Shown here piece after piece: positions 14,760 through 24,682 of a stretch of 25,136 nt of DNA. A program made the translations under genes and the position numbers. Within the stretch, counting starts at the first letter, position 1. Each line of letters opens with the position of its first letter. Source of the stretch: a virus. Its lineage: Duplodnaviria > Caudoviricetes. The notes beneath the pieces are model-generated. The model did not search any database, was not told the origin of the DNA, and worked only from the letters and a program-made list of their open reading frames with translations. The stretch lies in the IMG/VR virus record IMGVR_UViG_3300031694_000042, positions 1-25,136 of that record. The stretch is one strand, 5' to 3'.

Positions 14760-16479
14760 AAGAGTAGTATTAGATATTGAGGCTAATGGGTTCACTCCTG
14801 ATAAGATCTGGTGTATCGTCTGTCAGGATGCGGATACTAATGAGGTAACTTACTACACTCCTCGTAATGTAAGAGAGTTCAGCCTAGAGGGTATCACAGA
14901 GATTATAGGCCACAATATCTTAGGCTATGACATTCCTGTGCTAGAGAGGTTACTCAATCTAGACTTTACAGGAATACAATTAACGGATACGTTAGTTATG
15001 TCTAGGTTGTTTAAACCTACTCGTGAAGGAGGTCACTCACTTAAGGTATGGGGAGAGAGGCTAGGTAATCTCAAAGGTGACTTCACAGAGTTTACCTACT
15101 ACTCAGATGAGATGTTAGAGTACTGTATTAATGACGTAGCTGTAAACGTCAAGGTCTATAACCATCTACTAGTAGAGGCTAAAGGATTCTCCCCTAAGTC
15201 AATACAGTTAGAGATGGACGTACACGCCATTATCTCTGAACAAGTTAAGAATGGTTGGCTGTTAGATGAACAGAAAGCCTTCATGCTCTTAGCTGAACTT
15301 AAAGAGAAGATGATAGAGGCAGAGGACACTGTACGTGAGCGGTTTACTCCACTTCCTATCTGGGTAGAGAAGAACTACCCTAAGAACCCTACTAAGAAGG
15401 ATGGCACGGAAGCAGCCATTATGGTTAAACACAGGGAGAAGGGATACCACTATGATGATGACTTCAGCTATGGTGTGTTTGAACACCCTATCTTTAACTT
15501 AGGTAGCCGACAGCAGATAGGACGTTACCTTATCCACTATGGCTGGACACCTCTAGAGTTTACAGAGACAGGGAAGCCTAAGATAGATGAGCAGGTGCTA
15601 GAAGGAGTGGACATCCCTGAAGCTGTTATGATTAAAGACTACCTACTCCTACAGAAGCGTGTAGGAATGGTATCAAGCTGGATTGAATCGGTAGCAGATG
15701 ACGGTAGAGTACATGGTTACGTTAACCCTATAGGCGCTCAGACAAACCGGATGAGTCACAGCAGCCCTAACGTAGCTCAAGTACCTGCCTCCTATAGTCC
15801 CTACGGTAAGGAATGCAGAGAATGTTGGATTGTACCTAAAGGGTATAAGCTAGTTGGTTGTGATGCTTCTGGTTTAGAATTAAGAATGTTAGCCTCTTAC
15901 CTAAAGGATGAGGAGTACACTAAGCAGATCTTAGATGGTGACATTCATACCTACAACATGAATATGGCAGGACTAACCAGCAGAGATCAAGCGAAGACTT
16001 TCATATACGCTTTTCTGTATGGCGGAGGTGACGTTAAGATAGGAGAGATCGTAGGCGGAGGAGCTAAAGACGGTAAGAAGATCAAGAAGACATTCTTTGA
16101 TAGTATCCCAGCCCTAGAGAAGCTAATCACTCAAGTGAAGAGAGCATCTAACAGAGGATTCTTGAAGGGGTTGGATGGTCGTAAGATATGGGTTAAATCA
16201 GAGCACTCAGCCCCTAATTACCTCTTACAGTCTGCAGGTGCAATTGTTATGAAGCAAGCACTTGTGTTATTATATGCTGCAGCTAAGAAGGAAAAGCTTG
16301 ACTTTAAGTTTGTAGGCAATATACACGATGAATACCAAACACAAGTTCTAGAGGAGCACTCTGAACGATTCGGTGTACTAGCAGTAGAAGCCATCATCAA
16401 TGCTGGTGTTGAGCTAAAGATGAACTGCCCCTTAGACGGGGAATCAAAGATAGGAAATAACTGGTATGACTGCCACTAA
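14749..16479 (+). CDS. DNA polymerase family A (T7 gp5-like) with 3'-5' exonuclease
   Basis: Exo motifs DIEANG, GHNILGYD, YCINDV; motif A DASGLELR, motif B RDQAKTFIYAFLYG, motif C IHDEYQ. Confidence 0.97.
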   Translation: MTSRRVVLDIEANGFTPDKIWCIVCQDADTNEVTYYTPRNVREFSLEGITEIIGHNILGYDIPVLERLLNLDFTGIQLTDTLVMSRLFKPTREGGHSLKVWGERLGNLKGDFTEFTYYSDEMLEYCINDVAVNVKVYNHLLVEAKGFSPKSIQLEMDVHAIISEQVKNGWLLDEQKAFMLLAELKEKMIEAEDTVRERFTPLPIWVEKNYPKNPTKKDGTEAAIMVKHREKGYHYDDDFSYGVFEHPIFNLGSRQQIGRYLIHYGWTPLEFTETGKPKIDEQVLEGVDIPEAVMIKDYLLLQKRVGMVSSWIESVADDGRVHGYVNPIGAQTNRMSHSSPNVAQVPASYSPYGKECRECWIVPKGYKLVGCDASGLELRMLASYLKDEEYTKQILDGDIHTYNMNMAGLTSRDQAKTFIYAFLYGGGDVKIGEIVGGGAKDGKKIKKTFFDSIPALEKLITQVKRASNRGFLKGLDGRKIWVKSEHSAPNYLLQSAGAIVMKQALVLLYAAAKKEKLDFKFVGNIHDEYQTQVLEEHSERFGVLAVEAIINAGVELKMNCPLDGESKIGNNWYDCH

Positions 16480-16849
16480 GAAGTGTGTCAAGTGTTATGC
16501 GGAGAAGGGAAGGGAGTTTTACTATGACCATTACTCAAATACAGATGGTAAGCAGGGAACTTGTATCCCTTGTAATAAGGCTAAGAGGAGAGCTAGGTGG
16601 TTCGAGGTCTTTAAATACAAAGGATCTAAATGTGAGCACTGTGGGATTAGTGATCTACACCACCCTGAAATCTATGAGTATCATCACGTTGACCCTGCAC
16701 TCAAGAGAGGTGTCATAGGTGCTATGTTAGGTACTGCTAGTGATACCACTCTCTACATTGAAGTCGATAAGTGTATTCTAGTGTGTGCTAACTGTCATAG
16801 TATTGAACATAAACGAATCAGTGATAAGGAATTAGAACAAGATGACTAA
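16466..16849 (+). CDS. HNH endonuclease with N-terminal Zn-binding domain
   Basis: CVKC...CIPC; CEHCG...EYHHVDP...KCILVCANCHSIEH. Confidence 0.85.
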   Translation: MTATKKCVKCYAEKGREFYYDHYSNTDGKQGTCIPCNKAKRRARWFEVFKYKGSKCEHCGISDLHHPEIYEYHHVDPALKRGVIGAMLGTASDTTLYIEVDKCILVCANCHSIEHKRISDKELEQDD

Positions 16850-17681
16850 GACATTAGACACGTTAGTAGATGATATATATAGTGTACTCAGTACCAGTAA
16901 AGTAGACCCAGACGTAGACATAGATAAGATCTTCCAACTCTTCGGAGAGAATGTAAAGGAAGCAGTCTTTAAGTCTATGTTCGATAATAGAGGAGACACC
17001 ACACGCTTGCGTATGTCGTCCGTAGGCAAACCCGATAGACAGGTATGGCTTAACTCTAAGAACTACCCACGCGAGGAGCTAGAGCCCTCTACGTTGATTA
17101 AGTTCCTCTACGGGCACGTTATAGAGGAGCTGGTGCTCTTATTAGTACGTCTGAGTGGTCACACTGTAGAGAATGAACAGGCTAAGGTAGAGATCAATGG
17201 CGTTAAAGGCTCAATGGACTGTACGATTGATGGTAAGTTGATTGACGTTAAGTCTGCCTCTAGCTTTGCCTTCAAGAAGTTCAAGGATAACACTGTAGAG
17301 TTCGATGACCCCTTCGGGTATGTAGACCAACTCAAGGGCTATGGTGCAGGCTTAGGGGTTACAGAAGGGGGTTGGTTAGCTATGGACAAAGGTAATGGAC
17401 ACCTCGCCCTAGCAATGATAGACTTGACAGAAGGTAAGAGCATTGAGGACAGGATCACTCACTTACAGGATATAACCTCTAAAGATGAAATGCCTGAGCC
17501 CTGTAGCCACCCAGTACCAGACGGTAAGAGTGGGAACATGAAGTTATCTACACAATGCTCCTATTGTCCTTATAAGCACACCTGCTACCCTGAATTAAGA
17601 ACATTCTTGTATAGTACAGGCCCTAAGTTTCTAACCGAAGTGTGGAACCTACCACGCGTAAACGAACTAAAGAAGACATAG
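16842..17681 (+). CDS. Cas4/RecB-like PD-(D/E)XK exonuclease
   Basis: RLRMSSVGK, KGSMD...IDVKSAS, Y..QL.GY and C-terminal CSYCPYKHTC. Confidence 0.85.
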   Translation: MTKTLDTLVDDIYSVLSTSKVDPDVDIDKIFQLFGENVKEAVFKSMFDNRGDTTRLRMSSVGKPDRQVWLNSKNYPREELEPSTLIKFLYGHVIEELVLLLVRLSGHTVENEQAKVEINGVKGSMDCTIDGKLIDVKSASSFAFKKFKDNTVEFDDPFGYVDQLKGYGAGLGVTEGGWLAMDKGNGHLALAMIDLTEGKSIEDRITHLQDITSKDEMPEPCSHPVPDGKSGNMKLSTQCSYCPYKHTCYPELRTFLYSTGPKFLTEVWNLPRVNELKKT

Positions 17682-17684
17682 CAC

Positions 17685-17873
17685 ATGACCAAGATTGAAT
17701 TTAAAGTAGTACAAACCCCTAGATCAGAACGCTTTGAAGAGGCTATTAATACTCTCTTGAATGAAGGCTGGTCACTTCACGGTAGTCCTTTCATCGACAG
17801 TACAGGTCAAATGGTACAGGCTCTATTGAAGGAAACGACTAATGTCAAAGCAACTTCCAAAGTATCGAAGTAA
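17685..17873 (+). CDS. DUF1737-like protein
   Basis: FEEAINTLLNEGWSLHGSP...VQAL pattern. Confidence 0.75.
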   Translation: MTKIEFKVVQTPRSERFEEAINTLLNEGWSLHGSPFIDSTGQMVQALLKETTNVKATSKVSK

Positions 17874-18213
17874 GCTAGAAGCAAGAGTAGCTATAGGACT
17901 TGCGGATTGGGGGTATGAGTCTGAGAAGATGAAGTACACCATCCACAGGACTTATAATCCAGACTTCATAAAGGGTAATATCTACATTGAAGTCAAAGGA
18001 TTCTTTAGATCAGGGGATACTCAGAAGTATAAGGCTATCAATGAGCAGATGCTCAAAGAGGGTAAGATCCTTGCCTTCGTATGGTCTAAGCCTCACCAGA
18101 AGCTACGTAAAGGCTCTAAGCTAACTAATGCGGGCTGGTGTGAGAAGCACGGCATTAAGTGGTTCTGTCAGGACAGTATGAAAGCTCTTAACACATGGAG
18201 TGCTAATGTCTAA
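17842..18213 (+). CDS. Endonuclease I / Holliday junction resolvase (T7 gp3-like)
   Basis: YRSKLE, YNPDF, IEVKG and WCEKHGIKW motifs. Confidence 0.9.
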   Translation: MSKQLPKYRSKLEARVAIGLADWGYESEKMKYTIHRTYNPDFIKGNIYIEVKGFFRSGDTQKYKAINEQMLKEGKILAFVWSKPHQKLRKGSKLTNAGWCEKHGIKWFCQDSMKALNTWSANV

Positions 18214-18364
18214 AACAGTAGAAGAACTAATAGAAGACATCGTTAGAGACTATGATACAGACCTCTTAGTGGAGATACTCAATATCTCTACGGAGGACTT
18301 ACTCGAAAGGTTTGACGATAAACTAATGATAGCAATAGATAAAGGAGACTTTGAGGATGGATAG
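18206..18364 (+). CDS. 52-aa acidic hypothetical protein (not in ORF track)
   Basis: MSKTVEELIEDIVRDYDTDLLVEILNISTEDLLERFDDKLMIAIDKGDFEDG; GGAG RBS. Confidence 0.7.
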   Translation: MSKTVEELIEDIVRDYDTDLLVEILNISTEDLLERFDDKLMIAIDKGDFEDG

Positions 18365-18578
18365 CGCATTAAGCCGTCAGGTAGGCGGGGATCACTATAT
18401 GAATTCAACTATCCAACCTATTGAGTATATACATGCCAATGGTCTTGGATTCATTGAAGGGTGTATAGTAAAGTATATATCCAGATGGCGAGATAAGAAC
18501 GGCATAGAGGACTTAGAGAAGATCAAACAGTACGTTGATTTACTCATAGAGTTAGAAGATAAGAACGGTAATAAGTAG
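18357..18578 (+). CDS. DUF3310 / SaV-like protein (T7 gp1.7 nucleotide-kinase family)
   Basis: QVGGDHY, IQPIEYI, GFIEGCIVKYISR..DKNG.EDLEK; AGGAG RBS before ATG 18357. Confidence 0.85.
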   Translation: MDSALSRQVGGDHYMNSTIQPIEYIHANGLGFIEGCIVKYISRWRDKNGIEDLEKIKQYVDLLIELEDKNGNK

Positions 18579-18584
18579 ACAAAC

Positions 18585-18619
18585 AAAAGCCCCCAAAGAG
18601 TGATCTAAGGGGGCTTTTT
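18585..18619. terminator. Bidirectional rho-independent terminator between convergent arms
   Basis: AAAAGCCCCC-14 nt-GGGGGCTTTTT. Confidence 0.85.
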
Positions 18620-18632
18620 ACTGCCTGAAGGT

Positions 18633-19406
18633 TTACTTGTTAGAGTCTTTAAAGTGCTCTACAGTACCTTTACCTGCTACAGTGTTATAGTACTTCTTCC
18701 AATAAGCTGCCCTTCCAGCCTTCGTAGTAGGGATAGGATCATCTACATTTAGTAGTTTCAAACGTGCTGCGATGGCGCTATTCAAAGGATCAGTCATATC
18801 TTGCCAAGTCATGGAAGGCCAGTCCTTACCGAACTCCTTCTTAATCTTAGCAAACTGCTTCTTTAGCTTAGGGTGTGAGCCTACATCTTGAGTATCCTCA
18901 AAGCCTACCTCGTCCACCTGCATCATTCCTCCATAATATCCTTCCCTATAGGTATTTGGATCTTCTCCTGTTAGAGACTCCGCCTGAGCTATCTCACTCA
19001 GAATACCATTAGAAGGGAATACAGCTTCTACTTTATTTATGATTGAAGTATTACTCTCTACCTCTACTACAGGCTCAGGTGTTTCACCTTGAGGAGCTAA
19101 AGCAGGTGCTTCCTCAGTAGGTACAATACTGTTGTCTGTAGTAGTGTCTTCAAACAAGTCCAACTCTTGAGTAGGGACAGGCTCAGGAGCTACAGGAGTA
19201 GGAGCAGGGGCAGGAGCCAATACTACAGGCTCTGCTCCTTTCCTAGACTTCTCTATAGCAGCAACCATAGTAGCATTCTCAGGAGTACCTGCAAAACGCT
19301 TAATGGCATCAGAGGCTTGGGCTGCAGACTTAGTTGTGTCTAATGAAGCCCACATACCCTCTAGCTCATCTTTAGCCTGTTCCCACATTCCTATGAAATC
19401 AAACAT
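18633..19406 (-). CDS. Putative virion-associated lysozyme/transglycosylase-fold protein
   Basis: Pro-rich linker, then IAQAES, GMMQV, DPLNSAIAAR and YWKKYYNT motifs typical of lysozyme-like folds. Confidence 0.65.
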   Translation of the reverse strand: MFDFIGMWEQAKDELEGMWASLDTTKSAAQASDAIKRFAGTPENATMVAAIEKSRKGAEPVVLAPAPAPTPVAPEPVPTQELDLFEDTTTDNSIVPTEEAPALAPQGETPEPVVEVESNTSIINKVEAVFPSNGILSEIAQAESLTGEDPNTYREGYYGGMMQVDEVGFEDTQDVGSHPKLKKQFAKIKKEFGKDWPSMTWQDMTDPLNSAIAARLKLLNVDDPIPTTKAGRAAYWKKYYNTVAGKGTVEHFKDSNK

Positions 19407-22247
19407 TTACTTTTCCTCTTCCTTTAGTTTATCGAGAACAGCCTCTCGTCCTCCTATATAAGAACCCCTGAGTGAATTACGCAGTATTACATTACCCGCT
19501 CCTTTAAGAGCAGCCTTGAGCTTCTCAGTCTTAGTGGCAGCTTTATAGTTCTTATACTCCCTAGCTAGTTCTGACACTATAGAGGGGTTAAAGAGTAGAT
19601 CCATTAACTTACCAGATCGCTTAGCATCCAACTTAGACTGGGCCATTCTAGAGCCTAATCCAGTTGCTGCATGGGCAGGTGATACAACACCCCCTACTGT
19701 TCTACGATATGCTGATGTTATTCCTGATACACCCACGCCTAACTCTTTCTGAAGTAGCTCAGTGGAGAGAGAGCTCGTTCTAAATGGAACATTAGAAGTC
19801 TGTAGAGTAGACACTATATCAAACATCTCCATAGCTCCTTCTATATTCTTCATATAATCCCCTCCAAAGAACTCAGTGTATACCTCACGATTAGCATTAA
19901 TATAATCTACTGCTGCGTGTTTAGAGCCTCCTTCTATGTGGTTAGGTTTTTTAAAGTTCAATGCTCTGTCTACAAGCTTTAAACGTATGCCTGTTTTAAA
20001 CATCTCCGTACTCTCAGCGTCCATATGCTTAAATAGCGGAAGAATAGTATCCATACTAGCCCCATCACTCTTTAAGAGAGAAGCTACGGTGGAGTCTAGT
20101 CCTGAACGACCTACAGCCTCAAGGAAGTCATCAGTAGCTTGGAAGGCATTACGCCTGTAGTCTACTTCTAAACGTGCCTTTAAAGCCCGAGCGTTAGATA
20201 AGGCAGTAGCTCCATCTGTTAACTCATCTCGTAAGTTAGGAACCAAATCGACTAAAGCTGCATTGTCTTCATCAGCAAGCCAGTCCATAATGGACTTCTC
20301 ATTGGCAATGTCATTACTCTTAATTGCTTTTGAATGAATACGGGTGTATATGGCATCCTTTAGTACGGGAACACCATCTTCCCCTGCAGCTCCTAAGAAG
20401 TCTCTTGCGTTTTGTAGCTTAGTAAGATCCTGAGCTACTGTAGAGGTAAACTTATTAACAGACATCTTAGACACGCCTGCGCTATTGAAAGGGATTCCCA
20501 TTTCAGTATAGTAGGCTAGGTCTATGTTACGCAATGAAGTACCATATCCGTTAGGCATCTCATCAATTGCTTGGTTCAACACGCCTTTAAAATCATTCAA
20601 TAAACGAAGTTGTACCTTACCTTTGGAATCTAGAGTCCCTGTTAGATCACGTATACGCCCGTTAACAGTGTTCTTTAAATTCAGGACATCAGCAGGGGTA
20701 TACTCATCAACAACACTAGTAGTTGTTACATCAGGCTTTTGACTTATGTTCCCTTCTTTGTCAAAGACAAATAAGCCTTGCTCCGTTGTTGTCTTTGTCT
20801 TTGTCTTTGTCTTAACTTCTAATAGAGGACTGAAGTTCTTTAAGAAACGGCCCTCGTCAGTGGGTAAGTTATTAACCCAATCTAACAGACCAGATACCTG
20901 TTCAGAAGGCATTGTGACCCCTGAATCGGTAGCAGTTTTCTTCCACTCAGCATACATAGGATTAAACCGCTGCCTGACTAAGGCTCTCTTTTTATCTAAA
21001 AGCCCTTTAGCTGCCATTCCTATGTCAGTCTTAGATCCATTCTTAGTCAAGGCAGTAGTTAGTTTACTCATCTGCTCATCTATAATCTGAATCTTACCCT
21101 CAATATGAGCCTGCCTCTTTTCCTCAAAGACTAATCTCTTTTCCTGCTCTTTAGCTATTATCTTAGGTAACTTAACATTCTCCATTTCAGGAGACACAGC
21201 TAGTTGTTTAAGATATGCGTCTTGTCGTGTAACAAACTCACTAACAGCCTCATCAATCTTAGCCCTGAATACAGGATCTCTACCATCAGAATAGTACTCA
21301 AGGAACTTACCCTTCATTATATCATTCTGAAGAGCAGCTACTATCGGTACTATTTTAAGAGGCTCACCTCCCATCTTTGTTTGGAGGACTTGAGCTCTTT
21401 CCATAATGTTATAGAAATCACCTTGAGACTCAACTACAGCGTCTGCAAACCTCTTCTGCTCTCCTTTGAGGTATTTAGATACTTCACCTTTACCGTTAAT
21501 GTTCTTTACACTTTTATATGCTTGATACCCTGCTGTAATAGGAGACTGAGCTACTCCCGTAGCAACACCAGACAATACGCCTAATGAGATTAATACATTC
21601 TGTTTCGTGCTAGAACTTAGGTCAGAACTAGCAATCGCATCAGAGGTGTGTAGTATTACAGTATCTGCCACAGCAGCTGGTAATATAGACTGAGCCATGT
21701 TGTATGCTATACGAGGCGCTGTATTCGCTAAGTTAGTCATATCACTAGCTGCTTCAGTGCCTGCTGACACAAAGCGAACTACCTGCTCTGTAGGAGAGAG
21801 GTCATCAGATGTAGGGGGTAAAGGCTCGTCACCGCTAAAGAAGAAGTTACGTATGTAGTTACGGTGTCCTTTTAACTCCTGAGCATCCATAAACCTAGTA
21901 GGATTCTGGTGAAGGTATGGTTGGTTAACATCCATGCCCCTAGTGCTTTCTCCTCTGATTTTATCTAGAAGATCGTCAGGAACAGCAAAGTCAACAGAGC
22001 TCACAACCCCCCGTTCAAAAGAGTCAGCGAGATGCCTAGAAGTAAAAGCCATCCACCCTTCTCCTTCTTGCTGTTGAGAAGCTTTAACTCTCTGCCCCTC
22101 CTCATCCTCAAAGGTAGAGGAACGGACAGAGCTTAGAGCATCCTCGAAGTCCTCTTGGGAGACTCCTTTATCTTTTGCGGTAGTAGCAGTACTCGCTGAA
22201 CTAGCTTTAAGAGCCTCTTCAAACTCTTCCTGTGTTATTCCTGTCAT
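19407..22247 (-). CDS. Large putative internal virion (DNA ejection) protein
   Basis: 946 aa, helical, at the end of the late operon; function inferred from position. Confidence 0.65.
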   Translation of the reverse strand: MTGITQEEFEEALKASSASTATTAKDKGVSQEDFEDALSSVRSSTFEDEEGQRVKASQQQEGEGWMAFTSRHLADSFERGVVSSVDFAVPDDLLDKIRGESTRGMDVNQPYLHQNPTRFMDAQELKGHRNYIRNFFFSGDEPLPPTSDDLSPTEQVVRFVSAGTEAASDMTNLANTAPRIAYNMAQSILPAAVADTVILHTSDAIASSDLSSSTKQNVLISLGVLSGVATGVAQSPITAGYQAYKSVKNINGKGEVSKYLKGEQKRFADAVVESQGDFYNIMERAQVLQTKMGGEPLKIVPIVAALQNDIMKGKFLEYYSDGRDPVFRAKIDEAVSEFVTRQDAYLKQLAVSPEMENVKLPKIIAKEQEKRLVFEEKRQAHIEGKIQIIDEQMSKLTTALTKNGSKTDIGMAAKGLLDKKRALVRQRFNPMYAEWKKTATDSGVTMPSEQVSGLLDWVNNLPTDEGRFLKNFSPLLEVKTKTKTKTTTEQGLFVFDKEGNISQKPDVTTTSVVDEYTPADVLNLKNTVNGRIRDLTGTLDSKGKVQLRLLNDFKGVLNQAIDEMPNGYGTSLRNIDLAYYTEMGIPFNSAGVSKMSVNKFTSTVAQDLTKLQNARDFLGAAGEDGVPVLKDAIYTRIHSKAIKSNDIANEKSIMDWLADEDNAALVDLVPNLRDELTDGATALSNARALKARLEVDYRRNAFQATDDFLEAVGRSGLDSTVASLLKSDGASMDTILPLFKHMDAESTEMFKTGIRLKLVDRALNFKKPNHIEGGSKHAAVDYINANREVYTEFFGGDYMKNIEGAMEMFDIVSTLQTSNVPFRTSSLSTELLQKELGVGVSGITSAYRRTVGGVVSPAHAATGLGSRMAQSKLDAKRSGKLMDLLFNPSIVSELAREYKNYKAATKTEKLKAALKGAGNVILRNSLRGSYIGGREAVLDKLKEEEK

Positions 22248-23485
22248 TTAGTCACCCAATTACTTAAGTCTAAGTGATTACCACCAACATACGTAAGAGT
22301 TACTCCTTTAACAACTAAGGTATCTCCTTTAGTGGGTTGAGGTATTTTGCTACTCTTTTGCATAGCTTCCCCTAGAATAGTACCAACCTGCTCTGCGTTC
22401 ATGTTCTTAGATAGAGCATACGAATCAGTCGCTTGCTTAAGTTTTTTATTGTACGATACAACATTCCTATTCTTAGTGAATTCTGCTAGCTTCTTAAAAC
22501 CTTCAAAAGTCTCTTTAGTATAACTACCAGAAAGAAAGTTAATTGCAGCATCAGCAATGTTCTTACTGAAAGAACCTGAGTCACGGAATGCCTTCATCTC
22601 TGACTGAGCCTTAGAATCAGACCCTCCAAACATACGTGAAACAAGACGGTCTACAACTACAGAGATCTGTTCTGGGTCATTACTTAACTGGCTAAGAGTA
22701 GCTAAGTCTATTACCTCATCTGCAGTCTTAATAGCCTCCCGTTCGGTTTCTGTTACTTTATTCCAGTCAGTCCTAACTGCTTTTATCTCAGTAACAGTAA
22801 TACTAGGGTCTACGTCTAAGATAGACTGCATCACTTTCTTGTGAGGCTCCGATCCTGCTTTAAACCCATAAGCTTCCGTTACTTCTTTTGAGGTAGTTGT
22901 TTCTCCTTTAACCTCAACAGGCTTTCCTGTCTTACCTACAGAAGAGATAACTCCTGTAGATCCATTGACGTTATACATTACATCAGGCGTATAATTATTA
23001 GTTTTATGTTGTAGATTTAGGTCTGCCCCTGATACTTGCTTGCTTACTTTACTACCTGTTGCCTTACCTGTGCCGCCAGCAGATGTCCATACTCCTGTTG
23101 TCTTATTCATAGCTCCTTGAAATTCTACATCATCAGTTATTCTGGACTGTGTGATATACTCTTGCTTCTCAGTCTTAGGAGCCTGAGAGGCCTGTAGCTG
23201 CATACCGTTCTGAGCCATGCTCATAGCACCACTAGGATCAAAGGCACTGATGAACTTACTAGCCTCAAAGTATGTATTTGGGTTAGTCCAGTCTGCTTCT
23301 GCAAACTGTTTCTTGAACTTCTTCATACCGATAGTCTTAGGGTCTATGGCCTGCCCAAAGGCTCCCATAGCTTCACGCATTGCTACGCCCTTCTGCTTCT
23401 CAGCATCGAGCATACCCGCATAGGAAGACTGTACTGTCTGTAAGATGTTTGATTGTGGGCCTGAGCCGAATAATCCACTAGCCAT
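22244..23485 (-). CDS. Putative internal virion protein
   Basis: 413 aa; MASGLFG start; AAGGAG RBS; ATGA coupling to the next gene. Confidence 0.6.
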   Translation of the reverse strand: MASGLFGSGPQSNILQTVQSSYAGMLDAEKQKGVAMREAMGAFGQAIDPKTIGMKKFKKQFAEADWTNPNTYFEASKFISAFDPSGAMSMAQNGMQLQASQAPKTEKQEYITQSRITDDVEFQGAMNKTTGVWTSAGGTGKATGSKVSKQVSGADLNLQHKTNNYTPDVMYNVNGSTGVISSVGKTGKPVEVKGETTTSKEVTEAYGFKAGSEPHKKVMQSILDVDPSITVTEIKAVRTDWNKVTETEREAIKTADEVIDLATLSQLSNDPEQISVVVDRLVSRMFGGSDSKAQSEMKAFRDSGSFSKNIADAAINFLSGSYTKETFEGFKKLAEFTKNRNVVSYNKKLKQATDSYALSKNMNAEQVGTILGEAMQKSSKIPQPTKGDTLVVKGVTLTYVGGNHLDLSNWVTK

Positions 23486-23500
23486 TACTTATACTCCTTA

Positions 23501-24619
23501 TTAACCTAGACCAATGATAGTCTTGAATATATCACCAAACATACTTGTGTTATTAGCACTCTTCTGAGCATCTATGCCCATCTGAGCCAAGTCACGTTGG
23601 AAGGCAGGTTCTTCAGCAAAAGAGTTAATCTCTTGTAGTAGAGGTACAGCACCTAGAGCTTGCTGTTGTCCAGCGAACTGCTGTTGAGCTACATTACCAG
23701 CTAGACCAAATAGACCTGCTTGGTTCTGTAACATACGATCCTGCATCTGTGTACCATACTGAGTAGCCTGTACACCTTCTTGGAATCGTTGGTTCTCTTG
23801 TTCAGACTCTAATTGAGCTAAAGCCTGAGTACCTGCAGTAGCACCTAGTTTACCAGACTGAACTAGACGACTCAAGGCAGACTGTGTCTGTCCCGCTCTG
23901 AGAGGCTCTCTAATGGCGTTTACACCACGTAGGTACTCTGAGGCTGCATCTTGAGGATTAAAGTTCTGATAGGCCTCCTGAGAGCTCTGCATCTGCCCTA
24001 GTAGTCCCTGCTGGAACTGAGCATACTCATCACTATCTGTTTGCTCGAACTGACCAGTCTCAGGGTTATAACCAGTACTGCCAAATAGATTGCTGAATGT
24101 AAGTCCACGAGGAGCTCTGGCTGCTGCAAGACGGGATACTGCATCACCGCCAGCTCCTTCTTGATTGGCTTCGCTATTAGCACCTTGACTCCCATTACCT
24201 CCTGATCCTACTAGACCTCCTGTAGGGTTTACAGTGCCATTAGCTACTGCAGCACGTTGAGCGTCAGTAGTTGGACTACCAATGAAGGCATGAGGGAGCT
24301 GTTCCTTCATTTGCTGTGACCGAGCAGCTTGTACTTTCTCCTGTCTAGACATCTGATCCCACTGTGAGGAGGGATGCCCTGACGCTTCCATACTTGCATA
24401 GTTAGCCTTAGCCTGATCATTCATGCCATACTGTACTTCATCTACTAAAGCAGATCCTACAGACTTAGCTATATTAGGGATGCTCGGTATTGAACCGACT
24501 GATGACATAACTGCCTCCCATAAGGACTGATCTACTTTAGGGGCTGCACCTTTATTAGAAAGGTTACCAGCATTATATGCTACCGCTTGCTCTCTTGTAC
24601 CGCTATGTGGGCCGCCCAT
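23501..24619 (-). CDS. Putative internal virion (pilot/ejection) protein
   Basis: Q/A/G-rich, 372 aa, with C-terminal amphipathic segment MFGDIFKTIIGLG; AAGGA RBS. Confidence 0.6.
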   Translation of the reverse strand: MGGPHSGTREQAVAYNAGNLSNKGAAPKVDQSLWEAVMSSVGSIPSIPNIAKSVGSALVDEVQYGMNDQAKANYASMEASGHPSSQWDQMSRQEKVQAARSQQMKEQLPHAFIGSPTTDAQRAAVANGTVNPTGGLVGSGGNGSQGANSEANQEGAGGDAVSRLAAARAPRGLTFSNLFGSTGYNPETGQFEQTDSDEYAQFQQGLLGQMQSSQEAYQNFNPQDAASEYLRGVNAIREPLRAGQTQSALSRLVQSGKLGATAGTQALAQLESEQENQRFQEGVQATQYGTQMQDRMLQNQAGLFGLAGNVAQQQFAGQQQALGAVPLLQEINSFAEEPAFQRDLAQMGIDAQKSANNTSMFGDIFKTIIGLG

Positions 24620-24682
24620 TATACTGTCCTCTTCTGTTCTTTAATATTGTGTGTCATTATATGTCTCTATGTTTAGGTTAGC

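Noticed and set aside
7620-18586. Minus-strand ORFs within the plus arm, and plus-strand 16485-16718
   Set aside because: Shadows or alternative frames of well-supported genes.
19936-24195. Short ORFs within virion protein genes
   Set aside because: Antisense or out-of-frame overlaps of long ORFs.
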